This document shows positions 35,720-48,524 of a DNA stretch of 64,000 nucleotides, in pieces. The translations under genes were made by a program, and so were the position numbers. Location of the stretch: contig CM035838.1 in assembly GCA_020510985.1 (NCBI GenBank), positions 342,579,700-342,643,699 of the forward strand, given 5' to 3'. This DNA comes from Pholidichthys leucotaenia. Its lineage: Eukaryota. Under the pieces are notes generated by a model that saw only the letters and a program-made list of their open reading frames with translations, had not been told where the DNA came from and made no database searches. The number at the start of each line of letters is the position of its first letter. Position 1 is the first letter of the stretch.

Positions 35720-37256
35720 ATATTCTACTTGATAGATTAGAACACTATGTTGGACTTAATGGAACTTCGTTGCAGTGGTTTTGATCTTATTTATCTGATA
35801 GGTTCCAGTTTGTTCATGTCATTAATGAGTTTTCTTTCAACTCAAAGCTCAGTCACGGAGTTCCACAGGGATCTGTGGCAGGCCCTACTCTTTTTAGTTT
35901 ATATATGCTTCCGTAAGGCAACATTTTTAGAAAGCACTGTATACATTTTCATTGTTATGCAGATGGCACACAATTATACCTGTCAATGAAGCCAGATGAT
36001 ACTAATCAATTAGCCAAGTTAGAAGCCTGTCTTAAGGAAATCAAAGCTTGGATGACTTGTAATTTCCTGCTATTAAATTCAGATAAGACTGAAGTCATTC
36101 TTGTTGGTCCAAAAAACCTTAGAAATACCTTTCCAAATCAAAGTTTTAGTTTGGATGTGGTTACTCTTTCTCTTAATAGTTCTGTGGGGAACCTTGGAGT
36201 TATTTTTGATCAAGATCTGTTTTTCAATTCACATATTAAATTTGTTTCTAAGACTGCCTTCTGTCATTTGCGTAATATTGCCAAGATTAGGAGCATATTG
36301 TCTCAGAGTGATGCTGAGAAACTGATCCATGCTTTTGTTAGCTCTAGATTAGATTATTGTAACTCTTTATTATCAGGTTGTCCTAAAACATCTTTAAAAA
36401 GTCTTCAGTTGATCCAAAATGCTGCAGCAAGAGTTTTAACAGGTACTAGAAAGAGAGATCATATCTCTCCGGTTCTGGCCTCCCTTCATTGGCTTACCAT
36501 AGAGTTTTGAATTAAGTTTAAAATCCTTCTTCTCACTTACAAAGCTCTAAACAATCAGGCCCATTTTTATTTAAAAGATCTGATACTACCCTATAATCCT
36601 AACAGAGCACTATGCTCTCAAAATGCTGGATTGCTTGTAGTACCTAAAATCTCCAAAAGTACAATGGGAGGCAGAGCCTTCAGTTATCAAGCTCCTCTCC
36701 TGTGGAACCAGCTGCCAATCTGGATTCGGGAGTCAGACTCGATCTCTGTTTTTAAGAATAGGATTAAAACCTCCCTTTTTTATATAGCCTACAATTAGGG
36801 AGGGATCATGTGTCTCTGAACCCTCCCTTAGTTATGCTGCTAATAGGTTTAGAGAGCTGGGGGACCTCCAAAAATGCACTGGGCTTCACTTCTTTCTTCA
36901 CTCTCAATGAAATATTTTTGCTGGTCATTAACATCTGTTTGTTCTCTCCCATAGATTGAGTCCCCATTGTGCTGTTTGCTCTCTACATGTCTGTTCTTTT
37001 CATCTTCTCTATCCCCTCACCCCCCAGCCAGTCGCAGCAGATGAGCCTGGCCTCCCTGAGCCTGGTTCTGATGGAGGTTTCTTCCTGTTAAAAGGGAGTT
37101 TTTCCTCTCCACCGTCACCAAGCGCTTGGTCACAGGGGATCGCCTGATTGCTGGGGTCTTTCTGCAATCGTGGGGGTTTCCTCTACATTTGAAAGTACTA
37201 TAAGATGACTGTTGTTGTGAAATGGCGCTATATAAATAAAGTTGAATTGAATAGTT
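35720..37256 (+). mobile_element. L2 LINE copy 3 (3'-terminal 1.5 kb), joined head-to-head with copy 2
   Basis: Collinear with copy 1 from [15 protein letters not shown] to the tail aataaagttgaattgaatag. No SINE. Confidence 0.8.
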
Positions 37257-37606
37257 TGCTATATTGTATTTAATCTGTTTATTCATTAATTATATTATTT
37301 TTCTCAATTATTTATTTGTTTGCTTATTGTTATTTGTACGTCAGAATTCCTCATCAACTCTCCCTGTTACTTGTCTGAGAAATAGGAGACTTCTAGTTCA
37401 ACTGTCAGTCTTGAATTACACATTCTTTTGTCATCTAATTTGTTTTTTTGTTTTGTTTTTTTGTTTTTGTGTTTTTCAATCTGTGTTTGTTCACTTGCTC
37501 TTTAAGTGTAATGTGCCTTTTAATGCTGTGTATCTGCAGTTTGAAACAACACCCTCACTCCTCAGCTTCTTTCTCTCCAACAGTTTTTTCTTCACTCGTG
37601 TGTGTG

Positions 37607-37623
37607 TGTGGGGGGGGGGGGGG
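37607..37623. repeat. poly-G homopolymer (17 nt) within a low-complexity T/G-rich stretch
   Basis: The run is seen directly in the sequence. Confidence 0.9.
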
Positions 37624-38375
37624 TTTGTGTGTGGGTGTTCCTGCACACACTTCTACCTCCCTTTTTCTTATCTGTGGCCAGTAAATTTTTCTAACGCATG
37701 CTATCAATCTGCCACTGTTATCTATAGCAAATTTCTATGTACACACAACTTCACTCCTCCATCAGACATACGTTTTTTTCCACTGAACCTGCACTTCCCA
37801 CACCCACTGCTGAAACTTTCTGACTCCCTTTTTTTTCTGTCTCCCTCATCTGTCTGCCTCTCAATCGCCTTCTGTTTTTTCCACATATTTCCTTCACAGC
37901 AAAAAAAAAAAAAAAAAATGGTTTTGGCAGTGCCATAGTTATCAGGCACCCTATACAAACTATGGGAAGAAAAAGTTAGTAAATATTTACCACCCTGAGT
38001 CCAAACTCCAAATGTTCAATTCCTTTCTGGGAATTGCAGCCTCTACAAGCTTCTACCTGTTGTTCTAATAACACAGGCGGTTGAGCACATGGCTTGCAAT
38101 GCCAGTGGGTTGTAAATTCTTTGTTTCTGTTAGACCAGAAAAAAATTACATTCCCCAGGGCTTTCGCCTTTATTCCCAAATCCCACAATGCATTGCCTCT
38201 CATTCCAGACAACCAGAAATGGGAATTCGGGATCAGAGCTAACCCCTTCACCCTACACCACTCTTCATGTCTTAAAATGGGATATAAGAGGATAACCACC
38301 CACACATTTTATCCCCACAATATTCACAGAGACAAGACAATGACAGCATACATGGAATACACAATATCTGCAGAA

Positions 38376-38378
38376 ACA

Positions 38379-38420
<42 letters not shown>
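38376..38420. repeat. (GT)n microsatellite, about 22 units
   Basis: The run is seen directly in the sequence. Confidence 0.9.
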
Positions 38421-39380
38421 TTTCCCTTTGCCACTCTTTAGTATGGCCATTTCAACAGCCTAACTCTATAACAGAGGCTATTTACCTTGACCCCACATCG
38501 GGAACCAAAACCATTGATAGCATGATATAAAGATCAATCCAACTGATTTTATCAAGCTGACCAAACACAATTACTCACTATTTGATGGTACTTAAGCTTC
38601 TTGTATTGTGCCGGATTCCTTATAATGACATAATTCTCAAACTGTCCAAACACGATAGCTCACCATTTGATGGTACTTAGGTTCTCGTCTCGTATTATGC
38701 CAGATTATTCTTGTATTATGTCATAAATTCCTTAAATGCCCATTATTTCCATTCAATATTAGGATCAGTACTTCTTATTCTCTATAAAAGGCAGCTTACC
38801 AGTCTGACCCTGATAATGTATTAATGATTAAATAATTCACTCTTATCATCACAGAATGTAAATGATTAAAATATTCTCTGCATGTTCTTAATTCTTCAAA
38901 AAATGACATTAAATTTTCAGATTTCTGTTAAAAATTATAATGATCAAATTCTTAATTTCTGGTAAAATTATAATTATGACAAAAAGACTAACTTTGACTG
39001 AATACTACAGACAATTCTACAGAAATTTAGAATAGGCTTCCTGCTTACCTTGTGAGATCAGCAGCCCCGAATTGTCTATAGTAGACAGGAAAAAACTTTT
39101 TGTCCAGTCTCTTCCGATGTCTGCCAACTGGCCAATCACGTTGGCGGTCACCAGGTTGTAAAAAAACTTTTTTTTCTTCTGTCTGCAAAAATGTGTTCAA
39201 GAATTGGTCAGTCAACACGAAACTATTTTAAATGCATCAGAGATTAAAGAATCACATGAAAGATGCTATTTCTCACTTATCTGATTTATTATTCTTGAAT
39301 CATGCAGAGAATATCACAGCTGTGGTCCGTCTCAGCATGACTTGCCGACAGTACAGAAAAACAATAAATTCGAGTACATA

Positions 39381-41024
39381 CAGTTAGGCCCAGAAATATT
39401 TGGACAGTGACACAATCTTCATGATTTGGGCTCTGCACGCCACCACATTGGATTTGAAATGAAACAACTACAACGGAATTGAAGTGCAGACTTCAAGGTT
39501 TAATTCAACGGGTTGAACAAAAATAAATGATTAAACATGTAGGAATTGTAGCTATTTTTATACAAACGCTCCTCATTTCAGGGGCTCAAAAGTAATTGGA
39601 CAAATAAACATAACCCTAAGTAAAATGTTACTTTTCAATATTTTGTTGAGAATCCTTTGCAGGCAATGACTGCCTGAAGTCTGGAACCCATGGACATCAC
39701 CAAATGCTGGGTTTCCTCCTTTGTGATGCTTTGCCAGGCCTTTACTGCAGCTGTCTTCAATTGTTGCTTGTTTGTGGGTCTTTCTGCCTTAAGTTTTGTC
39801 TTGAGCAAGTGAAATGCATGCTCGATTGGGTTGAGATCTGGTGATTGACTCGGCCATTGCAGAATATTTCACTTCGTTGCTTTAAAAAACTCCTGGGTTG
39901 CTTTTGCAGTATGTTTTGGATCATTGGTGAAGCGCCATCCAATCAACTTTGCTGCATTTGGCTGAATCTGAGCAGAAAGTATATCCCTATACACTTCAGA
40001 ATTCATCCAGCTGCTTCTGTCTTTTGTCACATCATCAATAAACACAAGTGACCCAGTGCCATTGGAAGCCATGCATGCCCATGCCATCACACTGCCTCCA
40101 CCATGTTTTACAGAAGATGTAGTGCTTTGGATCATGAGCTGTTCCAATTCTTCTCCAAACTTTCTTCTTCCCATCATTCTGGTACAGGTTGATCTTAGTC
40201 TCATCTGTCCAAAGAATGCTGTTCCAGAACTGGGCTGGCTTCTTCAGGTGTTTTTTGGCAAAGTCAATTCTGGCCTTTCTATTTTTGAGGCTGATTCATG
40301 GTTTGCACCTTGTGGTGAATCCTTTGTATTTACTCTCATGAAGTCTTCTCTTTATGGTAGACTTAGATACTGATACATCTACTTCCTGGAGAGTGTTCTT
40401 CACTGGAGTGGATGTTGTGATGGGGTTGTTCTTCACCATGGAAAGGATTCTGTGATCATCCACCACTGTTGTCTTCCGTGGACATCCAGGCCTTTTTGAG
40501 TTCCCAAGCTCACCAGTGCACTCTTTTTTTCTCAGAATGTACCAAACTGTTGATTTGGCCACTCCTAACATTTCTGCTATCTCTCTGATGGATTTCTTCT
40601 TTTTTTTCAGCCTAGGGTGGTCTGTTTCACCTCCATTGAGAGCTCCTTTGACCGCATGTTGTGTGTTCACAGCAACAGCTTCCAAATGCAAACGCCACAC
40701 CTGGAATCAACTCCAGACCTTTTAACTGCTTAATTGATGACAGGTTAACGAGGGAAGAGCCCATGCAGCCTTGTTATTTTTTTTTCAGCCTTCTGAGTCA
40801 ATTGTTCAATTACTTTTGGTCCCTTGAAAAAGAGGTGGCTACGTATTAAAGAGCTGTAATTCCTAAACCCTTGCTCCAATTTGGATGTGAATACTCTCAA
40901 ATTACAGCTGAGACTCTGCACTTTAAGTTCATATTGATTATATAATTGTATCCTGAATATGTTTTCGTAAACAGCTAAAACAACAAAACTTGTGTCACTG
41001 TCCAAATATTTTTGGGCCTAACTG
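39381..41024 (-). mobile_element. Tc1/mariner-superfamily DNA transposon (1644 bp), decayed
   Basis: 33-bp TIRs CAGTTAGGCCCAGAAATATTTGGACAGTGACAC / GTGTCACTGTCCAAATATTTTTGGGCCTAACTG. TA TSDs at 39379-39380 and 41025-41026. Transposase fragments on the minus strand. Confidence 0.85.
39869..40700 (-). pseudogene. Tc1-family transposase (HTH/paired-like N-terminus + DDE domain), frameshifted
   Basis: ORFs 40296-40700 (GCPRKTT...HESKYKGFT) and 39869-40204 (HGGGSVMAWACM...NDPKHTAK). Confidence 0.8.
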
Positions 41025-41441
41025 TATATCTTCTAGTCTGGGGCATTCCCCAGACCCCAACAATGGCTCCCTTCTTCAGGATTGCTGACTCCATCAGACA
41101 TCTTCTCCAAACAATGGCTCTCTCCAAGGTTGGCTGGCCAGGTGCAGCCTGCTGATGCTTCGATCTCTTATCGCAACCCTGAACACAAGCGAACCTCCCC
41201 CCCGCTATGCGTAAACTAAAAGCAGCCCATTGTTTGCTAAGCGATAAGGGATGTGTGTGTGCATAACTAACCCACATCTTTTATGTTCAGCGTGAAGCAG
41301 TGCAGAGACTTCAAACAGCATAAGCACATTTGTGTAAACAATATTTAATATTCTAACTTATCTAAACATTTCTACCACAGTATTGTGTCCACCACACAGC
41401 ACCCCCCCCCCCGCCGCCCCCACAATCACCCAGAAAAGGCT

Positions 41442-43772
41442 CTAGACCTCTGGCGCCTTGGGCTTGAGCCGGCGCACATAACGGCTGTAACATGGAGTCC
41501 CCGGACCGGCCGAAGCATCTTGCTGTTGAGGTGGGCAGGAGACAAACTCGGCCTCCGGCGCGCAGTCCTGAGGAGGGGGAAAGGGTGGGGAGGGGAAAAA
41601 TCTAGTCTGCTGCAAACAGTTCTCTGCAGGGGTAACACCATCTTGCGGAGCCACTGTAGGTTGGCGTCCATGCCGGGGAGCTTGAGCCAGCACCATCTGT
41701 TCATCTGCCAACACATAAGCAGGCTTAAGCCTGTCAATGCAGACAGTTTCCTTACACCCCCCCCCCCACCACCACGTCTAGCACAAAATGCTTTTCTCCA
41801 GTTTCCAGCACTCTGAACGGTCTGTCATATGGTGAGCACAGCAGGGTTCTGTGTGCGTCGCACCAAACAAAAACGAACTTGGCGCTCTGTAAGCTCTTTG
41901 GGACAAAGGTGTGGGGAAAACAATGGTGTGCCAGGCCCGGCACATTGGCTGGTCCTGTACCATGAAAAAATTGCGCAGGCAGGTTGGTCCCGGATGCGGG
42001 GGTTTTCTGGTAAAAATTCCCCGGGGATCCACAGCAGCTGAGAAAAAATGAGTTCGGCCAGGGAGGCTGCTCGATCCTCCTTAGGCACAGAGCGCAGCCC
42101 TAACAGGACCCAGGGCATGCGGTTGACCCAATTTGCATCTGTGAGTGAAGCTCTGAGCGCGTGGTCAAACCTCCTGGCCGGAATTTGGAACGGCTCGAGG
42201 GGGGCTTTGGTGTGCTTGTGCACTTTGGCCTGCTGGCACGCGGCACACGCTGCAGCCCACTCCTTCACATCCCTGCCTAAGTGCGTCCAGACAAATTTCG
42301 CCCACACCAGTTTAACCGAGGCATGCACGCCGGGGTGTGAAAGGGAGTGGACTAACTCAAAATACAACAGTGTCACGCCGCGCCGCTGACCTGCTCGCAC
42401 ACCTGCTCGTCATCAGCGGCGAGGGATATAAGCCGCCTCGCCCTGAGCTTCGGCCTGAAGCCGTCAGACTTCATCACTCATCATCGTGAGTCAAACCTAT
42501 TCTTCAGCGCAACATTTTGGTAAGAAGTCCTTACCTCCTTTCCTTCCCAGTCTGCTCCCCTGTGCACAGGTGGATTCCTCGGCGGCGGACAACATCCCTC
42601 CCTCGCCCATTCCTCGCTGCTGCACCGAGTCCTGCAGGTGGCTGTCTACCGGGTCCCGTCCTTGTGGTGCCAGTCATCTGTCTCTTCCAAGTAAGCTCCT
42701 CTCTCGCTCATTCTCCTCCTGTGTTGGTGTGCGTTATGTCAAACAGCCCCAAGAGCTTGGAACGCCCAGTGGAGACGTCACAGAGCGGGGGGGGGGGGGC
42801 TTCTTGCACCACCCTGCTCTTCAGTTTTAACCCAGTAGGCGCGGACTGGAGCACGCAAATGTTCGCGTCCCCTGTTTGCTCTGCGGCCATGGCAGGGAAA
42901 TCTATTCCCATGTAGACCAGGGAGACTAATGTGCATGACAGGCAGTCGGCCACAACATTAAGCTTACCGGCTACGTGCTGGATGTCAGTTATAAATTTCG
43001 AGATTGCGGCCAAATGTCGTTGCTGCTGGGCCAACCACAGTTCTGAGACTTTGGACATTGCGTACGTTAGTGGCTTATGATCAGCGAACGCGGTGAACTC
43101 GTGCCCTTCTAGCCAAAACTGGAAGTGGTGCATTGACAGGTGGAGGGCCAACAACTCTCTGTCAAACGTATTGTATTTGCGTTTGTTGTCCCGCAAAGTA
43201 TGGCTGAAAAATGCAAGCGGCTGCCACGCACCAGAAACGTACTGCTCCACCACTGCCCCTATGGCAACATCAGACGCGTCAGTGGTGAGTGCAATCCGCA
43301 CTGACAGGGCTGGGTGGGCTAGCAAAGTGGCATTAGCGAGCTCTGTTTTGGCATTTACGAAAGCCTGGACTCACTCAGGGGTCCAGTCAATGTTTTCCGT
43401 GGGCTTCTTTTTTTTGAGCACGGTGTACAACGGCTGCAGCAGCTGGGCTGCTCAGTGGAGGAAACGGTTGTAAAAGTTGACCATGCCCAAAAATTCCTGC
43501 AGGGCCTTCACGGTTTGCGGACGTGGAAAATCCGTTACGGCATGCACCTTTATCAGGCAGCAGAATTGCGCCCTCCTGGCGAAATGCACACCGAACTGGC
43601 ACTTCGCCGGGTTAACAATAAGCCCATGCACTTCCAACTTCTGGAAAACTAGTTTGAGATGGGCAAGGTGCTCCTCCTTTGACGCGCTAGCCACCAGAAT
43701 GTCATCTAAGTAGACAAAAACGAAAGGCAGGTCACGGAGCACTGACATATTTATCAGACCCAGGGAACACAC
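41442..43772 (-). CDS. D/E pol fragments (integrase with deletions, RNase H, RT YLDD), interrupted by solo LTR 42371-42740
   Basis: ...[17 protein letters not shown]..., [64 protein letters not shown]. Confidence 0.7.
42371..42740 (+). mobile_element. Solo LTR of the G-type chromovirus family (370-bp internally deleted variant) inside D/E's integrase
   Basis: Termini TGTCACGCC...GTTATGTCA, with the shared core CCCCTGTGCACAGGTGGATT. Perfect 5-bp TSD AACAG (42366-42370, 42741-42745). Confidence 0.75.
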
Positions 43773-44320
43773 ACACAGGCTCGAGTGAATATAACAATCT
43801 TTATTTGTTCCAAGTAAGTGTGTGAGTGCGTGTATGTGTTGTATGTGCAGAGTATGAGGTGGTAACAGATAGTGATGACGTTGTGAAGGGGGAGAGCAGA
43901 ATGCCGTTCAGTCTGGCAACGCTATAATATCACAGAGCACAGATGTTAGCACAGTCCACCAATAAAGAAGCGTGGTAATGACTGGGGCTTACTTTGCAGA
44001 TGGAAGTTGGATGCTCGGGTTGGCCCAGGGGCTGCAGCCAGGGAGACAGTGTTCTCGGCCCACACCGGGGAAGGGCAGGTGGCCCTGCTGGAGCAATGGA
44101 GGCTCGTACCACCGCCAAGAGGAGGAGATTCCGCTGCCGGGGGAATCCATCTGTGCACAGGGGAAGATGACTAAAAAGGTGAGTGGGAATCAGGCTTACT
44201 TGAAGCAAAGAGACGAATCGGGTCAGGGATGAAGAGGCCAGGAAGTTGGCTGTTGACGAGAGACATAATTCTGTTGGCAGGACGACAGACGGCTCCGTGC
44301 CAGATCTCAGGCAGAGCAGG

Positions 44321-46956
44321 TTATAAAGCCCGTGGGAGATTGGGAGCATGTGTGCATGCAGCTGTAGCAGATAATGGCCCAGAGGGAGCCATGACAGTAC
44401 TCCCCCCCCCCCCCCGAGAGGTGCCTCCCGGCACCTGACCCAGCCTACCTGGGTGCGTCCGGTGGAAGTCCTTGATGAGGTGTTTGTCCAACACGAATGA
44501 CGGACGTACCCAGGATCTCCACTCGGGGCCATACCCCTCCCAGTCCACCAGGTACTGCAGACCGCGACCCCAGCGGCAGACGTCCAGGATGGTGTTGACT
44601 TTCCAAGCCGGGTCGCCGTCGATCAACACTGGTGGGGGTGGAGCCTTGGGAGGGGGACAGAGAGGGCTGGAACAGACTGGCTTCACCTGGGAGACATAGA
44701 ACGTAGGACAGATACGGAGAGGGGGGGGAGAGCCAGGCGCACAGCCACAGGGTTAACAATACGCACAATAGGGAAGGGGCCAATAAAGCGTTTTAGCCAA
44801 CTTCCTTTTTTCAGCTTTCAGAGCAATATGTTGAGTTGACAGCCAAACCTGCTGACCCACCTGGTATTGAGGAGCCAGTCTTCTGCGGCGGTTCGTGGTC
44901 CTAGCGTTGCGTTTGGCCGTGCGAAGAAGGGCCTTGCGGGTGGCCGTCCAGAGCCAGCGACAGCACCTCAGGTGGGCGTGGATGGATGGTACAGCCACGT
45001 CCCTCTCCTCCTTGGGAAAAAGTGGAGGGTTGTAACCCAGAGAGGCCCTGAAAGGGGACATGCCAATCGCCGAAGACACGGTCGAGTTGTGGGCATACTC
45101 AATCCAGGGGAGATAGCTGCTCCAGGACGAGGGACTGGAGGCGATGACACAACGTAGAGCAACCTCCAGCTCCTGATTGGCCCACTCACACTGCCCGTTG
45201 CTCTGTGGGTGATGACCGGAAGACAAGCTCACCGTTGCCCCCAGCGCATTGCAGAAAGCCCTCCAAACCCGGGACACGAATTGGGGACCCCAATCGGAGA
45301 TGATGTCGATGGAAATCCCATGAAGGGTCACCACGTGCTACACCAGCAGGTCCGCCATGTCCCGTTCCGTAGGGAGCCCCTGTAACGGAACAAAGTGGGT
45401 GGCCTTAGAAAAACGATCCACGATGGTGAGAACAGTGGTGTAATGGTTGGAGGGGGGGAGGCCAGTCACGAAGTCCAGGGCGATGTGGGACCAAGGCCTG
45501 CTGGGAACCGGCAATGGGTGAAGGAGGCCAGCAGGCATAGAAGAAGATGTCTTCCCGGTGGCGCACTGAGGACAGGCGCAGACATAGTTGATGACGTCCC
45601 TCCGAAGTGCCGGCCACCAGAACGATCTCTGAAGAAGCTCCACCATGCGAGTCACCCCTGGATGGCACGAAAACCTGGAGGAATGGGCCCAGTGGATCAC
45701 CTCGCCCCGGACCGACGAGGGGACGAATAGCCGCTCCGAAGGTCCTCCACCCGGATCGGGCTCAACCTCCTGCGCCCTCAGGACCCTCTCCCTAATGCCC
45801 CACAAGAGGGCGCCAACAACTCATGCTCATGCCCCTCTGCCACATCCTAAGCAAACTGCCTGGAGAGGGCGTCCGGGTTGGCGTTCTTAGCCCTGGGGCG
45901 ATAAGTAATAGTGAAATTGAAACGCCCGAAGAACAGGGACCAACAGGCCTGACGGGCATTCAGACGCTTCGCAGTCCTCAGGTATTCCAAATTCTTATGG
46001 TCAGTCCATACAATGAAGGGTTGAGCGCCCCCCCCCCCCAACCAGTGATGCCACTCCTCCAGGGCGAGCTTCACCGTCAGGAGCTCCCTGTCACCGATGT
46101 CGTAATTCCTCTCCACCGGGGACAGACGACAGGAGAAGAATGCGCAGGGACGGATCACCCCGTCCACTGGGGAGCGCTGAGAGAGAACTGCCCCCACCCC
46201 GGAATCAGAAGCGTCCACCTCGACCAGGCACTGAAGAGAGGGATCCACCTGCGTCAGGACACGAGAGGACGAGAACTCCCCCTTGAGGGCGGTGAACGCC
46301 GCTGCAGCCTCCTCCGTCCACCGGAAAGCCACCTTGGGGGACGTGAGACGGGTCAAGGGGAGGGCGATCACAGTGTAATTAGGAACAAAACGGCGGTAGA
46401 AATTGTCGAACCCCAGGAACTGCTGGAGTTGCTTCCTTGACGGGGTGGGGGGGGGCAATCCATCACCGCCTTAACCTTGTCAGGGTTGGGAATAATCTGG
46501 TTGTGAGAGACGATGAAGCCGAGAAATGAGGTCGTGTTGGCGTGGAACTCACACTTCTCGGCCTTCACGAACAACTTGTTCTCCAGGAGCCATTGGAGGA
46601 CCCGTCTCACATGGACCCGATGTTCGTCCAATGACTGGGAGAAGATAAGAATATCGTCCAGGTACACGAAGACAAATGACCCAAGGAAGTCCCGGAGAAT
46701 GTCATTAATGAGACACTGGAAGACGGCCGGAGCATTGGTCAACCCAAACGGCATCACGAGGTACTCGAAGTGACCGCTTGGGGTCCGGAACCCCGTCTTC
46801 CACTGGTCCCCCTCCCTGATCCGCACAAGATGATAGGCGTTGCGGAGGTCGAGCTTGGTGAACCAGGAGGCCCCCTGGAGGGAGTCGAACGCTGTGTCCA
46901 TGAGTGGGAGGGTGTACTTGTCATTCACAGTAATGTCATTAAGGGCCCTGAAGTCA
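44321..46956 (-). CDS. F pol 3' portion: RT C-terminus, RNase H, integrase, chromodomain (multiple frameshifts)
   Basis: YLDDILIFS (RT), [16 protein letters not shown] (RNase H), integrase HHCC plus DDE, chromodomain [19 protein letters not shown]. Confidence 0.75.
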
Positions 46957-47524
46957 ATATATGTCACATCCCACCGCTCATCAGCAGCGCCAGCTGCACA
47001 CACACCTGCGCCTCGTCAGCGGCGAGGGATTTAAGCCACCTCGCCCTGGGCTTCGGCCTGAAGCCGTCTGTTCTCGTCGGCTATTCTTGCTGCAAGGAAT
47101 CCCCTTCTCCAAGCAAGATTGCAAGTAAGCATCCTTACCTTCTTCTTCCAGTTATCCTCCCCTGTGCACAGGTGGATTTCCCGGCGGCGGACTACGCTCC
47201 CCAGCCATCTCCTTCTCGCTGCTGCTTCAGGCGCTCCGGGTTGCTGTCTACCGGGCTACGTCCTTGCAACGCCAGTTCCCCGGCTTAACCAAGTAAGCTT
47301 GTAGCCATTATCTCATCTCCTGTGTTGGTGTGGTGCCCGTCACCCTTCTCCCTCTGCTTCTCCCATAGGGTTGTCCGGCTGTACAGTTTCCTGTCCCCGT
47401 GCCTGACGCAGACGCCACCACCGACACATTGCCATCTCACATACACGCACACACACACACTTGTTTGTTAATAAAGCTATTAAATCTACCCTGAGCCTGC
47501 GTGCGTGTCTCCTGAGCCGTGCAT

Positions 47525-48524
47525 TATGTCAGTACGGCTTCAGCAGAGCGGCTCGGCGGACAGCGGGCTCGCACGCCGTCTTTCCACCCTCGAGGCTCGG
47601 GTGGATCTAATAGCCCATCAACAACAGGTGATTTTAACCCAATTGGGCATAATAACTAGCCGATTGGACCGCTTGGACCCCCAGCAGCCGTTCCCCCCGG
47701 CTCACCAGGGTGGCGTAGCTCCTGCTGCTCCAGCGGCCGTTCAGCCAGCTCCGGCGGCACCAACACGGCTCACACCCATTCCAACCCCCGCCCGCTTTAG
47801 CGGTAAGCTCGGTGGAGCGCGGGGGTTTGTCATGCAATGTGAGTCTGTGTTTCACCGGGTGCCCGGAGATTTTCCATCAGACCACAGCCGAATTGGCTAC
47901 ATAGGGAATCTCCTGGAGGGAAGAGCGCTTACCTGGGCTTACGCCGTAATGGCGAAGCCCAGTTACGCCACCCTCACCTATGGCCAATTCGTGAGACTGT
48001 TCCTGGAAGTGTTTGATCATTCACGTACCGAAAGCGTTCAGGTCGACCGTCTTCTCAGCCTTCAGCAGGGAAGCCGGTCGGCAGCTGACTACGTGATCGA
48101 CTTCCGGGTCGCAGCGGAGGAGGTTGGCTGAGGCGAACGATTGCTCTGTGGCATCTTCCTTTGCAGTCTCAGCGCTGGTCTGAAGGATGAACTGGCTGGA
48201 CGGGATACCCCGGAGATGTTAGCGGAGCTAATTTCCCTAGCCATCAGCTTGGATAACAGGCTACGCGAGCGGGCCTTGGAGCGGAAGTTGTCTTCTTGCC
48301 CTCGAGGTGCCTCGTCGCGCCCGCACCAAGCTCGCCCCCTGGTGTTGCCATCACCATCGTTCCCCGAGGAGTCGGAGCCGATGGTGACCGGTTGGATGAA
48401 GCTCCCTCCAGCAGAGAAACAACGCCGCCGTGAGTTGGGTCTCTGTATGTATTGCGGAGACAGTCAACATACGGTGGAGCTTTGTCCACAGAGGCCAAAT
48501 GGGGAGGTCCGCGAGTTACTGTAG
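47525..48524 (+). CDS. G gag (single premature TGA at 48129-48131 where F has Trp)
   Basis: ...[17 protein letters not shown] aligns to F's ...[21 protein letters not shown] knuckle [14 protein letters not shown]. Confidence 0.8.

Larger units (their letters stand above)
39155..41398 (-). repeat. D/E 3' LTR (about 596 bp, split by the Tc1 insertion), followed at 39133-39153 by a PBS-like TGGTGACCGCCAACGTGATTGG
   Basis: Family-X-like start TGTGTGGTGGACACAATAC next to the PPT. It ends ...TTTTTTTACAAC and is followed by a tRNA-Trp-type PBS. Confidence 0.6.

Noticed and set aside
34670-37256. Twin-priming origin for the inverted L2 pair
   Set aside because: Both arms carry their own 3'UTR and (TTGAA)n tail, whereas twin-priming yields an inverted 5' segment without a tail.
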